The notes: a model not told the origin generated them from the sequence alone. DNA of 64,000 bases from Candidatus Kapaibacterium sp. (GCA_963664875.1 OY761611.1:2272001-2336000); one strand, 5' to 3'; shown: positions 1 to 9,925, counted from the stretch's first letter. Made by a program: numbers and translations.

Positions 1-2
1 CA

Positions 3-809
3 GTAGCTGCAACAGGCAGATTGAGCTCGACAGATCCAAACTTACAGAATATTCCAATCAGAACCGATAAGGGAAAAGAAATAAGGAAAGCATTTATTCC
101 TCGAAGCAAAGACCACATCTTACTGGCAGCAGACTATTCACAGATTGAATTGCGAATAATGGCTTTTATCTGCGATGATGAAAAAATGGTAGAAGGATTC
201 AAACAAGGGCATGACATACACACTGCTACAGCAGCAATCTTAAATAACATTCCGCACGAAGAAGTTACTAAAGATATGAGAAGAATTGCCAAAACAGTCA
301 ATTTCGGAATCATGTACGGTCTTGGAAGTTTCGGACTTTCACAACGCATAGGTATTGGCAGGTCGGAAGCTAAGAACATAATAGATAACTACTTCGAAAA
401 GTATCCAGGCATTAAAAAATATATGGATATGACTATAGAAAAGACTCAAAAACTTGGATACGCGGAAACACTTTGCGGAAGAAGAAGATTTTTTGCTGAT
501 ATAAATGATAAAAACAGAATGAGACGAACCGCTGCAGAAAGAGGTGCTATAAATATGCCTATACAAGGTACGGCTTCAGACATGATGAAGATAGCAATGA
601 TAAAAATACACACTGAAATGCAAAGACTTAATCTGAAATCTAAAATGATTTTACAAGTCCATGACGAATTGATCTTCGATGTACACAAAGATGAAATAGA
701 GCAATTAAAAGACTTGGTCATTTCAAATATGGAATCTGCTCTCAGCCTTGGGAAAGTGCCCGTGCTGGTAGATGCCGGTATAGGAAACAACTGGTTTGAA
801 GCACACTAA
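3..809 (+). CDS. polA: DNA polymerase I, C-terminal polymerase domain (5' truncated by window)
   Basis: Frame open from position 3: VAATGRLSSTDPNLQNIP, ADYSQIELR (motif A), RRIAKTVNFGIMYG (motif B), LQVHDEL (motif C). Confidence 0.97.
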   Translation, partial: VAATGRLSSTDPNLQNIPIRTDKGKEIRKAFIPRSKDHILLAADYSQIELRIMAFICDDEKMVEGFKQGHDIHTATAAILNNIPHEEVTKDMRRIAKTVNFGIMYGLGSFGLSQRIGIGRSEAKNIIDNYFEKYPGIKKYMDMTIEKTQKLGYAETLCGRRRFFADINDKNRMRRTAAERGAINMPIQGTASDMMKIAMIKIHTEMQRLNLKSKMILQVHDELIFDVHKDEIEQLKDLVISNMESALSLGKVPVLVDAGIGNNWFEAH

Positions 810-821
810 TATTTTAGACAT

Positions 822-867
822 CCAATGTGCCTTCTTTACCCCAAAGAGGGTGCATTGGTCTTTTTTT
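822..867 (+). terminator. Intrinsic terminator after polA
   Basis: CCAATGTGCCTTCTTT-ACCCC-AAAGAGGGTGCATTGG hairpin followed by T run. Confidence 0.75.
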
Positions 868-946
868 ATTGCCTGCTATTTTGATGTATTTTACCTGTTT
901 TTTATGCTTTTTTTATACCCCAACAAAAATATGTTATCTCAGTTGA

Positions 947-1882
947 TTAGCTTTGTATCAACTGTAAAAATGCCTGCGGATTTTGATTACTCTGAGCTAA
1001 AGATGTTAACGACGTTTGTTGTAGGAACTGAGCTTTTATCAGCTCTAATTGCTCTTTAGCTACGTCAGAATCCTCGAGTCTGGAAATTGCGGCATTATAA
1101 TTTGTTACCTGATTTTGCAAAACATCTTCCTGAGAAGTCAGTCTGTTCGATATACCTCCCAGATATGCTGCTACTTTATTTACATTATTTAGAGCAGCCG
1201 AAAGGCTTTGCATTGTAGTGCCAATATTTTCAGAAGAGAAAATACCCAAGCTGGTAGCTGAAACATTATTTAACTCACGAAGATCTAAATTTGTTACACC
1301 CGCAAAATTGCCGATAGCAAGAGAGTTTAGTTCGAAATTTTGACTATCGACATTGAAGTCAATATTAGACGTTGACATATCTATAGCTAAGTCAAGCAAT
1401 TCATGCTTTGCATTAGTTCCTATGTAAAAAGTGGTAGTAAAAGAACCATCAAGTAATTGTTTACCGCCAAATACAGAAGAATCTACTACAGTCTGAATCT
1501 GTTGAGTCATTCGATATGCCGCTTTGGCTAAGGCTACTTTTTCATCAGTACCTAAGGCACCTGAGGAAGCAGAAGCCGCAGAATCCTTAATCAGTGTGAT
1601 CAATTCGTTTACATTATCGAGAGAGTCCATCAGAATATTCGTCATATTCTGTGCATCACCAACGCTATTTTGGGCTGCTTTAAGCGAACCGTTTCGGGCT
1701 ATAAGAGAACGCGACGTTATGTAACCTGCAACATCGTCTGCTGCATTATTAATCCTTTTACCGGTCGAGAGCCTGAGCTGGCGGAGAGAAATCTCTCTGT
1801 TAGCTTTATCCAATGCGTTGTAGGCTGTTTCTGCCGGTATATTCGTGCGAATCCGTGGTATCCCTTTAAATGCTGAAGGCAT
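947..1882 (-). CDS. Flagellin (short type, 311 aa)
   Basis: RIRTN...RLSTGKRINNAADDVAG N-terminal domain; ISRLEDSDVAKE...LAQSNQNPQAFLQL C-terminal domain. Confidence 0.93.
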   Translation of the reverse strand: MPSAFKGIPRIRTNIPAETAYNALDKANREISLRQLRLSTGKRINNAADDVAGYITSRSLIARNGSLKAAQNSVGDAQNMTNILMDSLDNVNELITLIKDSAASASSGALGTDEKVALAKAAYRMTQQIQTVVDSSVFGGKQLLDGSFTTTFYIGTNAKHELLDLAIDMSTSNIDFNVDSQNFELNSLAIGNFAGVTNLDLRELNNVSATSLGIFSSENIGTTMQSLSAALNNVNKVAAYLGGISNRLTSQEDVLQNQVTNYNAAISRLEDSDVAKEQLELIKAQFLQQTSLTSLAQSNQNPQAFLQLIQS

Positions 1883-1909
1883 GACTTTAACCTCTGACAG
1901 TATAAACTA

Positions 1910-1923
1910 AAACATCCATGTTT
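1910..1923 (-). promoter_or_regulatory. Putative CsrA/RsmA-binding hairpin in leader of second flagellin
   Basis: Minus strand AAACA-TGGA-TGTTT: perfect stem with GGA in the loop, matching ACANGGAUGU. Confidence 0.55.
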
Positions 1924-1934
1924 ATTATTCTATC

Positions 1935-2870
1935 CTAACCTTGGATCAACTGTAAGAATGACTGCGGATTAGCATTCGCCTGAGCCAAAGAAGTAAGAGA
2001 AGCTTGTTGCAAGAACTGAGATTTAACCAATTCGAGCTGCTCTTTGGCAACATCCGTATCTTCTATTCTTGAGATTGCAGTATTGTAGTTAGTAATTTGG
2101 CTTTTCAGAATATCATCCTGAGAAGTAAGTCTATTTACTACACCACCAAGATAAGAGGCTACTTTATTTACGTTGTCTAATGCATCAGCAAGAGAAGTCA
2201 AAGTAGTCGCTATATGAGAGTAATCAAATATACCCAAATCTTCACCTGAAACTGCATCTAAGTCTCTTAAATCCAAGCCTGTAACACCGGCAAAACTTCC
2301 ACTCATTAATGAATTAACATCAAAGTTGTTGCTTTCAATGTTGAAATCAAGATTACCGTTTGTCAAATCGACATCTAAAGTTATCAGGTCATGTGCAGCA
2401 TTTGTACCAATAACAAAGTCTGCTGAAAAAGTACCGTCAATAAGCTGTCTGCCACCAAAAACTGTAGATTCTACTACTGTTTGAATCTGCTCAGCCATTC
2501 TAAATGCCGCTTTCGCAAGTGCTACTTTCTCATCAGTACCCATAGCACCTGATGCAGCAGTTGCAGCAGAATCTTTGATGTTAGTTATGAGGTCACCTAT
2601 ATTCGCTAATGAATCCATAGCAATATAGGACACGTTCTGAGCATCACCCACAGCACGAGTTGCTGCTTTTAGTGAGCCATTTCTTGAAATTAAGGCACGT
2701 GACGTAATATATCCTGCCACATCATCACCGGCATTGTTGATTCTTTTACCGGTAGAAAGGCGGAGTTGCCTAAGCGAGATGTCTCTACTAGATACATCTA
2801 AAGCATTGTAGGCATTCTCAGAAGGAATATTAGTCCTTATCCTTGCATTTCCTCCTATTGCAAAAGGCAT
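1935..2870 (-). CDS. Flagellin (short type, 311 aa)
   Basis: RIRTN...RLSTGKRINNAGDDVAG; ISRIEDTDVAKE...LAQANANPQSFLQL; SD GGAGGTG upstream; colinear paralog of 947..1882. Confidence 0.93.
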   Translation of the reverse strand: MPFAIGGNARIRTNIPSENAYNALDVSSRDISLRQLRLSTGKRINNAGDDVAGYITSRALISRNGSLKAATRAVGDAQNVSYIAMDSLANIGDLITNIKDSAATAASGAMGTDEKVALAKAAFRMAEQIQTVVESTVFGGRQLIDGTFSADFVIGTNAAHDLITLDVDLTNGNLDFNIESNNFDVNSLMSGSFAGVTGLDLRDLDAVSGEDLGIFDYSHIATTLTSLADALDNVNKVASYLGGVVNRLTSQDDILKSQITNYNTAISRIEDTDVAKEQLELVKSQFLQQASLTSLAQANANPQSFLQLIQG

Positions 2871-2968
2871 TATTCACCTCCATGTGAAATTAGTAATCCA
2901 TGGGCTTTACATCCCACCCATCATCGTCGAGTTCATTTCCGACCATTTTGGCCTGTTGGTTAATAATT

Positions 2969-2983
2969 ACAACTCTTATGCCA
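2969..2983 (-). promoter_or_regulatory. Putative sigma54 (-24/-12) promoter of flagellin pair
   Basis: Minus strand TGGCAT-AAGAG-TTGT vs consensus TGGCAC-N5-TTGC; a weaker site TGGCAC-GGATT-ATTC lies at 3071..3085. Confidence 0.45.
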
Positions 2984-3523
2984 AAATGACCGACACAGTA
3001 TCAATGCACTTATTTGTGCAATTACGCCTTGACAAACAAAATGAACATAGTTTTTGCTCAGTTGACTATAGAATAATCCGTGCCAATATATTTTCATGTG
3101 GAAAACTATTGAGCTAAAATTGCTGAAATTGCCCTCTAATTCAAGTGTTAATAAGAATGTGGAAATGTGGAAAACATTTGGAAGCTGTTGAAAGGTATCG
3201 TATTTATGTATTTTTATTATCCAGAGTGGCTATTTATCCACTGTGCAATCTGCTAATATCAGCCACAATTTATAAAGAGAAGGAAATGGATATGTGCATA
3301 ACTTTCACTTTTTTATTATTCATCTCTTGAAATTGATATAAATCATATTAGTAATACACATCAATTTATGCCCGTTTATAGCCATAATCCAAATATTGTA
3401 GAATATTATACAGCCACTGCGTTTTAAAAGTGCTTCTCTACAGGCAAGATATTCTCTTTTTTGAACTCAATATTTAAGATTATTTTGCATAATTGCAACA
3501 ATGCTTAGATTTTTGGACATTGA

Positions 3524-4594
3524 AATATCAAAAAGATTATACATATAGATATGGACGCATTTTTTGCATCAGTAGAGCAAAGAGACTTCCCGCAGTACCG
3601 AGGTAAGCCCTTGGTTGTCGGTGGCAAAAAAAGGCGTGGTGTTGTAGCCGCTGCAAGCTATGAAGCCCGTAAATATGGTATTCACTCTGCGATGCCAAGC
3701 TTTATTGCTGCTAAAAAATGCCCTCATCTTATTTTTGCAAGACCAAGATTTGAAGTTTACAAAAAGGTATCAAATCAAATAAATGATATATTTAAACAAT
3801 ATACCGACTTAGTCGAACCTGTTTCGCTTGATGAGGCATATTTGGATGTAACCAATAATAAAAAGGGCATTTCCTCTGCTGCAGAAATAGCAAGACAGAT
3901 TAAATCAAAAATCTTAGCAACCACATCTTTGACCGCCTCCGCCGGAGTTTCTTTCAATAAATTTTTAGCAAAAGTTGCCTCTGACTACAGAAAGCCGAAC
4001 GGGATTACGGTAGTTACTCCTGAAAATGCAGCTAAGTTTCTTACTAATTTGCCAATTTCCAAAATACCGGGCATAGGAAAGGTAACTCAAAAAAAAATGG
4101 AGGAAATGGGAATTTATACCGGTGGTCAACTCAGAGATTATTCCGAAGAGTTTTTATCATATCATTTTGGCAAAGTTGGTGCTCATTACTTCAGATTGAC
4201 TCATCTATCAAGCTCTGACACGGTAAGTCCGACTCGAACAAGAAAGTCTATTGGGACTGAACGTACATTTTTGGAAGATGTAACTACGGAAACCGAAATG
4301 ACTGAATCTATTGTTGATATATGCTCGGAACTTAAAAGAAGGATGGACAAAGCCAACGTTTGCGGTAAAACTTTAACTTTGAAGATTAAGTATTCGGACT
4401 TCACTATCCTTAGTAGGAGTCGCACAATAATGGATTACTTTATGGATGAAGTTGAGCTACTTGATATGGCAATTGAGTTGCTTAAAAGACCAACTCTGCC
4501 ATCTAAACCGGTTAGACTACTTGGCTTGCAACTCAGCGGCCTTGCAAATATAACGATTGATATGCTACCTTATCAGTTAAGACTCAAGTTTTAA
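3524..4594 (+). CDS. dinB: DNA polymerase IV (Y family); start codon unresolved
   Basis: KKIIHID-MDAFFASVEQ, GVVAAASYEARKYG, VSLDEAYLD, KPNG, VRLLGL; the frame is open only from 3524 (TGA at 3521) and the first ATG is at 3551. Confidence 0.93.
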   Translation, partial: NIKKIIHIDMDAFFASVEQRDFPQYRGKPLVVGGKKRRGVVAAASYEARKYGIHSAMPSFIAAKKCPHLIFARPRFEVYKKVSNQINDIFKQYTDLVEPVSLDEAYLDVTNNKKGISSAAEIARQIKSKILATTSLTASAGVSFNKFLAKVASDYRKPNGITVVTPENAAKFLTNLPISKIPGIGKVTQKKMEEMGIYTGGQLRDYSEEFLSYHFGKVGAHYFRLTHLSSSDTVSPTRTRKSIGTERTFLEDVTTETEMTESIVDICSELKRRMDKANVCGKTLTLKIKYSDFTILSRSRTIMDYFMDEVELLDMAIELLKRPTLPSKPVRLLGLQLSGLANITIDMLPYQLRLKF

Positions 4595-4625
4595 CTGATT
4601 GTATGTGTATTTTCGAATGGATAAG

Positions 4626-5786
4626 TTAAAATTTGTTAGAAGTGATTTGTAGCGGGTACCACGCAAAAAACGCAGTCCCTTTCTCCACAGAACTTTCGAA
4701 CCATACTTTTCCTTCGAGGTATTTTTCAGTCAATAGCTTTATACTATATGTACCAAGCCCTCTTCCGGTTCCTTTCGTTGAAAAAGAACGTTTGAATAGT
4801 TGCAGTTGGTGATCATGAGGAATATATCCGGAGTTTTTAACAGCAAACACTACACCCTGATCCTTGCTAAAACATGACAAATCTACTGTATCCCCTTTGT
4901 CTATTGCTTCAAGAGCGTTTTTCAGCAAATTGCCTAATACACGGATCAGCAGTGTTTCGTCGGATTGCATAAAGATATTTTCTGATAGCGGATTTATAAT
5001 TATCTGCTTGTTATTTCTAATTTGATATTTAAGATATATCTCTTTGACTTTTTCCAAGACTTTTTTAGAGGAAGTAGCTGTCGGACGCACAGCAAGCTCA
5101 TCATGCTCCGCATCAATCAAATCTTTTTGAGCAGCAATCTCATCTATAAGCCTATCTGAAAGTTTTTTGATAATGTCGGCAAATGAATAATAATCTTCAG
5201 GTTTCGAATTGACAAGAATTTCTGCAAACCCCTTTAATCCGCCGGCAGTATTCATTATGTCATGGAAAAATATACGCTCTAGAGCAATCTTCCGCTTCAA
5301 TTCGGAAATATCTTTAAGGTAATTAATCGTGAAAGTGTGATCGCCCACAGTAAATGGTGTTGCTGTGATGGAAAATTCATAGGTATGCTGTGAATGTATA
5401 TTTGTTATTTCGCACTCACTTGTACTTTTAGTACCATTTATAGCACTTAGGGTCGCCTGCACATTGCCACAAGTTTTACAGAACTCTGTAGTACCACAGC
5501 CTCCAACTTCTTTGTCCCAGTATTCGCAAGCCATAGTCTCACCAAGGCGTTTGCCGGTATTCAATTCGGAAGTGTCTCCTACAAAATGATAAAAGGCACG
5601 GTTTGCAAGTACCAACTGGCGAGCAGAATTTAAAATACAGAAAATATCGGGCACAGAATCGATAAGCTCTTTAATATACGGAATGTCCAATAGAATCTTT
5701 CTATGCTCTGCTATCTGTTTGTCGTCATACCGAAAAGCCGAAGCATATTTTGTAGGCAAATCTATATTGGTTCTGTGCATATACAA
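4626..5786 (-). CDS. Sensor histidine kinase with Cys-rich PAS-like input domain
   Basis: IFFHDIMN H-box, NLLKNALEA, FSTKGTGRGLGTY; CX9CX5CX2C cluster in the N-terminal part. Confidence 0.88.
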   Translation of the reverse strand: MYMHRTNIDLPTKYASAFRYDDKQIAEHRKILLDIPYIKELIDSVPDIFCILNSARQLVLANRAFYHFVGDTSELNTGKRLGETMACEYWDKEVGGCGTTEFCKTCGNVQATLSAINGTKSTSECEITNIHSQHTYEFSITATPFTVGDHTFTINYLKDISELKRKIALERIFFHDIMNTAGGLKGFAEILVNSKPEDYYSFADIIKKLSDRLIDEIAAQKDLIDAEHDELAVRPTATSSKKVLEKVKEIYLKYQIRNNKQIIINPLSENIFMQSDETLLIRVLGNLLKNALEAIDKGDTVDLSCFSKDQGVVFAVKNSGYIPHDHQLQLFKRSFSTKGTGRGLGTYSIKLLTEKYLEGKVWFESSVEKGTAFFAWYPLQITSNKF

Positions 5787-5880
5787 TTCCGCAAAATGAT
5801 ATTGACTTAATATCGGAATAAATGGGTAACAATAAAAGGTAAAATACTGCTATTGTAAAAGTTTAATTGACAATTAAGAG

Positions 5881-6948
5881 TTATGCTTTAAGAAATCCTA
5901 CAATAACTGTGGTAGTGTCTCCCTGCTTACTGCATACTTCAAATTTGCCATCGTAAAGCGTAACAAGTTTTTTGACTATAGCAAGCCCAAGCCCTAAGCC
6001 CTGCTGCTCGAAAGAACAACGGTCAAATTGCATAAAAGCACCAATATACTCTATCTGCTCGGGCGTAAATCCTCGACCGTGGTTAGTAAACTTATAATAT
6101 ATATATCCTGATTTTTCGTAGCTTTCGATTAGGACTTTTGTTTCAGGAGCAGCAAACTTGAATGAGTTATCGGCAAGTTCCCCAATAATCTTAATAAAAT
6201 GTTTCCCTGAAACCTTTACACTGAAATGTTCAACTTTGTCAATGATATCTTTATCTCTGCCATACATTCTGGCTATATTATGGATATGGTCAGTAAGAAA
6301 CATTTCCTGTCCGTCGGGGATCACTTCACAGCTTGTCAGGTTCATGATATCAACATACAAATTGTAGTTTTCTAACAAATGGAGCAATCTCGAGCCGGAT
6401 TCGTGGATATTTGCAAGCATCAAATCGATTTCCTGTGGAGTAAATCTATCCAAAGAAGTGCGAAGCATGCTAGCAAAGCCCATAATAGAATTGAGCGGAG
6501 TTCTGAATTCGTGAGGGAGTGACTTTGTGAAAGTACTTCTTAGTTCATGCAAGTACTTTTCGTAATGACTTTTGATTTTTCTATACTTTTTAAGATTAGC
6601 CTCTATTGCCTTTATCACTTCATTGTTATCGAAGGGTTTCACCAAATAATCGTCAGCACCGAGCTCCATGCCGCTTCTTCTGTCAGCATCTTCCGCTTTT
6701 GCAGTCAGAAAGATGAATGGAGTAGCATAAGTATTAGGAGATGTTTTGAGCGCTTTGAGTACATCATAGCCGTTGGTTTCAGGCATCATAATGTCGCTGA
6801 TTACCAAATCAGGAAATTCCTCGAATGCTATCTTGATGCCTTCTCTACCATTGGTAGCAGTGATGACCTCATAGTCTTTCAATTCGAGAAGCTCACTGAG
6901 GTTTTCGAGTACTTCGAAATCGTCTTCGATTATTAGGATTTTCGCCAT
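5881..6948 (-). CDS. Hybrid response regulator receiver / histidine kinase
   Basis: ILIIEDD, DLVISDIMMP, FLTAK, DDYLVKPF; PHEFRTPLN; QGLGLGLAIV. Confidence 0.92.
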   Translation of the reverse strand: MAKILIIEDDFEVLENLSELLELKDYEVITATNGREGIKIAFEEFPDLVISDIMMPETNGYDVLKALKTSPNTYATPFIFLTAKAEDADRRSGMELGADDYLVKPFDNNEVIKAIEANLKKYRKIKSHYEKYLHELRSTFTKSLPHEFRTPLNSIMGFASMLRTSLDRFTPQEIDLMLANIHESGSRLLHLLENYNLYVDIMNLTSCEVIPDGQEMFLTDHIHNIARMYGRDKDIIDKVEHFSVKVSGKHFIKIIGELADNSFKFAAPETKVLIESYEKSGYIYYKFTNHGRGFTPEQIEYIGAFMQFDRCSFEQQGLGLGLAIVKKLVTLYDGKFEVCSKQGDTTTVIVGFLKA

Positions 6949-7052
6949 AGCTTGAGTAATTGGTATAGGGCAATATTTTAGGATAATTTACATAAGGAGA
7001 GTAATTTTTAAAAATAATATTATATCACTACGATGTAATAAAATATATTTGC

Positions 7053-9731
7053 TTATTTGTTCAATCGGACAAGCACTTTTGTGTATTTGTTTGGTTCGCT
7101 TTGAATTTTAATCCTACCTCCAAGCAAATCTAAACACCTTTGGACAATAGTCAGTCCAAGCCCAGAGCCCATAGTAGGCGAGACTTTTTCGCTGCGTATG
7201 AAAGGGTCAAAAATGACCTGCAATTCCTGCTCAGAAATACCTATTCCTTTGTCTTCTATTTCGATAAAGTAATATTTGCTGTCGGAACTCACCATTATTT
7301 TAATTTCTGTATTGGCAGGAGAAAATTTCAGAGAATTGAGCAAAAGATTATTGAAAATCATATAAAGCAGTTTTGGGTCGCTTTTTACCACAGTGTCTTT
7401 GCTATCATAAACAAAAGTTAGCCGGTGAGAGTCGTTATCATAAATAGTAATCTCGTCAATTATTTTCCATAACAATTTTTCGAGATTGAGTTCTATAAGT
7501 ATAGCACTAAGTTTGCCGTCGTTACTTGATTGGAAGGCAGTTACGTTTTCTAAAAGCTGAATAAGCGTATTGATGGCTTTTTTTATTTTTTGTGAGTGTT
7601 TGTCGAATCGTTCTTGATTACCTTTTTTAAAATGCTCATTCATCAGCTCTAACGAAGAGCTTATGACTGTAATAGGAGTTCGGTACTGATGGGATATCAT
7701 AGTTATAAATTTATTCTTTATTTCGTTTAAATCACGCTCAGTATTCAAAGCTTTTGCCAAATCTTCTTTAGTAGCTATCAAATCAGACTCTATCCCTTCT
7801 CTTCTCAAAATTTCAAGACGTAAATCCTGAAATGCATCTTCTAATTGAGCAGTTCTCTCTTTTACTCTGTTTTCGAGCTCCATATTCAGAGATATAATTT
7901 CTTTCTCAACCAAAACTCTTTTAGTAACATCACGCAATATTGCAGCAAATAGGAAGTCCGAGTTGGTTTCGAAAGGGAATAAAAACAGTTTGAGAAATAA
8001 ATCTTTATTTTTGTCATCTTTTAGATGTAAATCAAACTGCATGAGCTGCTTAGTAGAACGTGAATGAGCCCGATAATCTACAAAAAATGTTTTTAGCTCT
8101 TCGGAGCTTAATTCATATTCTGCAGGAACATATTTTACTAACGACAATATGTCCCAGATGTCTTTATTTAGTAATTTATTGCCGGCTACACGAAGAATTT
8201 TGCCAAGAGCAGGATTTGTATCGACAATTTTTCCCTGAGTATTAAACACCAGTAAACCATCGACCAGCTGATTTACCACTGTTCTGAATTTATTTTCGCT
8301 CGCGATTAGTTCTTCTTTGAATTGCTGACTCTCTGTAATATCTCTTATAACCACAGTAGTGCCAAGATACGCACTATCATTGCCTCTTCTTGCAGTAAAT
8401 CGCGAAGAAAACCATTTTCGCTTTCCATGTTTGTCGATAAAAAATATGTAGTCCATCGCCCTGCGCTTACTTCTTGCGGAATCTATATATTTAGAAAAAG
8501 CTGAGGCAAGATCCGGAGGCATTGTGTCATGCAAAGCTCTGCCAAGGCAATCATCAGGACCGGGGAGATATTTATGCGTCTTATCAGGGGTATAAATATC
8601 GACAAATATATTGTTTTTATCCAGAACATAAACCAAATCGTCCATCGACATAAGAGTCGATTTCATATTATCTCTGTTATTCTGGAGAGCTCCTTCGAGC
8701 ACCTTTGTGCCTGTAATATCTCGAGCAAGACAAAGCAGACCGTCTTCTGCCGGGTAAATCCCAAAATTAAACCACCTATCTTTACCGTCAAAGATTTTTG
8801 TATTAACCACAACAGAATCAGGGTTTCGGGAGTGCATCACTTTTTCTAATATCGAATACATTTCAGTATTAAGAATTCCCGGAAATATCTGAAAAAGTGT
8901 CTGTCCTTCCGGTTTGGTCTGATTACCGTTACTCATTAGATACTGTTTAGATATTTCATTTGCAAAAATGCATTTCCAATGCAAATCAAAAACAATGACT
9001 ATATCGCGAATACTATTCAGCAAATTTTCGTATTGGCTTTGACTTTGCCTGCAGGCTTCCTCAAGATTTTTCCTTTTGGTAATATCTCTGGCAATACCGT
9101 TGATCTCTTCCATGTTCCCGGATCTGAGCAAGGGAGTGGTTTTGACTTCAAGAGCCACGTATGTGCCGTTGGACTTTCTTACTCTCAAATCAATATTTTG
9201 ACCAATTTGGAGTTCGACTAAGTCAATAAATTTTTCATTGGCGAGAGCCAAATCGTCTTCATGAATAAGCTCAGAAAAATGTTTGCCTAAGATTTCAGCT
9301 CTCTCTATACCTAAAATACTTTCAAAAGATTTATTCAATTTTGTAAAGAACCCATCTTTGTTCAAAGAAAAAAGGATATCCGAGATGGTATCCATATAAG
9401 ATGAGTAGTCATTGATATGAACCTTGTTGACAGGCTGCTTTAGGAGAAATTTCAATGCAGAAGTAAGGTTCGACTTCAAATGAGAATTTACTTCTATAGT
9501 AAATACTTTTTCGGAATCTGAACTTATTGAGCCGAGAGCAATAATATAATTATATACAGGCAGCAAAGAATTCAATTCTGTTTCGTCGTCGCAAACAGCT
9601 ATGAAGTAAGCATCAAAATCGCGGTTTGAGCTATCAGAAAGGATAGATTGCAAAGTTGCTCTAACTTTATTTTTCAAAGTAGAGTCTTTGATAGAATCTA
9701 AATACACCGGATATTGATGATATTTTGTCAA
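7053..9731 (-). CDS. Multi-PAS sensor histidine kinase
   Basis: Four PAS repeats ending RDIT/RDVT, coiled coil ELENRVKERTAQL, ISHQYRTP, NLLLNSLKFS, GSGLGLTIV. Confidence 0.92.
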   Translation of the reverse strand: MTKYHQYPVYLDSIKDSTLKNKVRATLQSILSDSSNRDFDAYFIAVCDDETELNSLLPVYNYIIALGSISSDSEKVFTIEVNSHLKSNLTSALKFLLKQPVNKVHINDYSSYMDTISDILFSLNKDGFFTKLNKSFESILGIERAEILGKHFSELIHEDDLALANEKFIDLVELQIGQNIDLRVRKSNGTYVALEVKTTPLLRSGNMEEINGIARDITKRKNLEEACRQSQSQYENLLNSIRDIVIVFDLHWKCIFANEISKQYLMSNGNQTKPEGQTLFQIFPGILNTEMYSILEKVMHSRNPDSVVVNTKIFDGKDRWFNFGIYPAEDGLLCLARDITGTKVLEGALQNNRDNMKSTLMSMDDLVYVLDKNNIFVDIYTPDKTHKYLPGPDDCLGRALHDTMPPDLASAFSKYIDSARSKRRAMDYIFFIDKHGKRKWFSSRFTARRGNDSAYLGTTVVIRDITESQQFKEELIASENKFRTVVNQLVDGLLVFNTQGKIVDTNPALGKILRVAGNKLLNKDIWDILSLVKYVPAEYELSSEELKTFFVDYRAHSRSTKQLMQFDLHLKDDKNKDLFLKLFLFPFETNSDFLFAAILRDVTKRVLVEKEIISLNMELENRVKERTAQLEDAFQDLRLEILRREGIESDLIATKEDLAKALNTERDLNEIKNKFITMISHQYRTPITVISSSLELMNEHFKKGNQERFDKHSQKIKKAINTLIQLLENVTAFQSSNDGKLSAILIELNLEKLLWKIIDEITIYDNDSHRLTFVYDSKDTVVKSDPKLLYMIFNNLLLNSLKFSPANTEIKIMVSSDSKYYFIEIEDKGIGISEQELQVIFDPFIRSEKVSPTMGSGLGLTIVQRCLDLLGGRIKIQSEPNKYTKVLVRLNK

Positions 9732-9925
9732 TTATTATACCTGCATTTTTACTTTGCTACAATAATATGATAATTATTTAATACCTGCAAGCAAAATCCA
9801 AGTGAACCAATAAAAATAATACTTGTACAAGTCTATTGTACTGATAGCTTTTTTACTGTCAGTTGCTTACTTACTATTTACTTTATAAAGAATTGAGTAA
9901 ATTGTAAAGTGCTGTATTTGCATTT

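Noticed and set aside
2884-3330. ORFs 2884..3117 and 3145..3330 in the flagellin-dinB spacer
   Set aside because: GTG starts, no recognisable motif, and they overlap the probable flagellin promoter region
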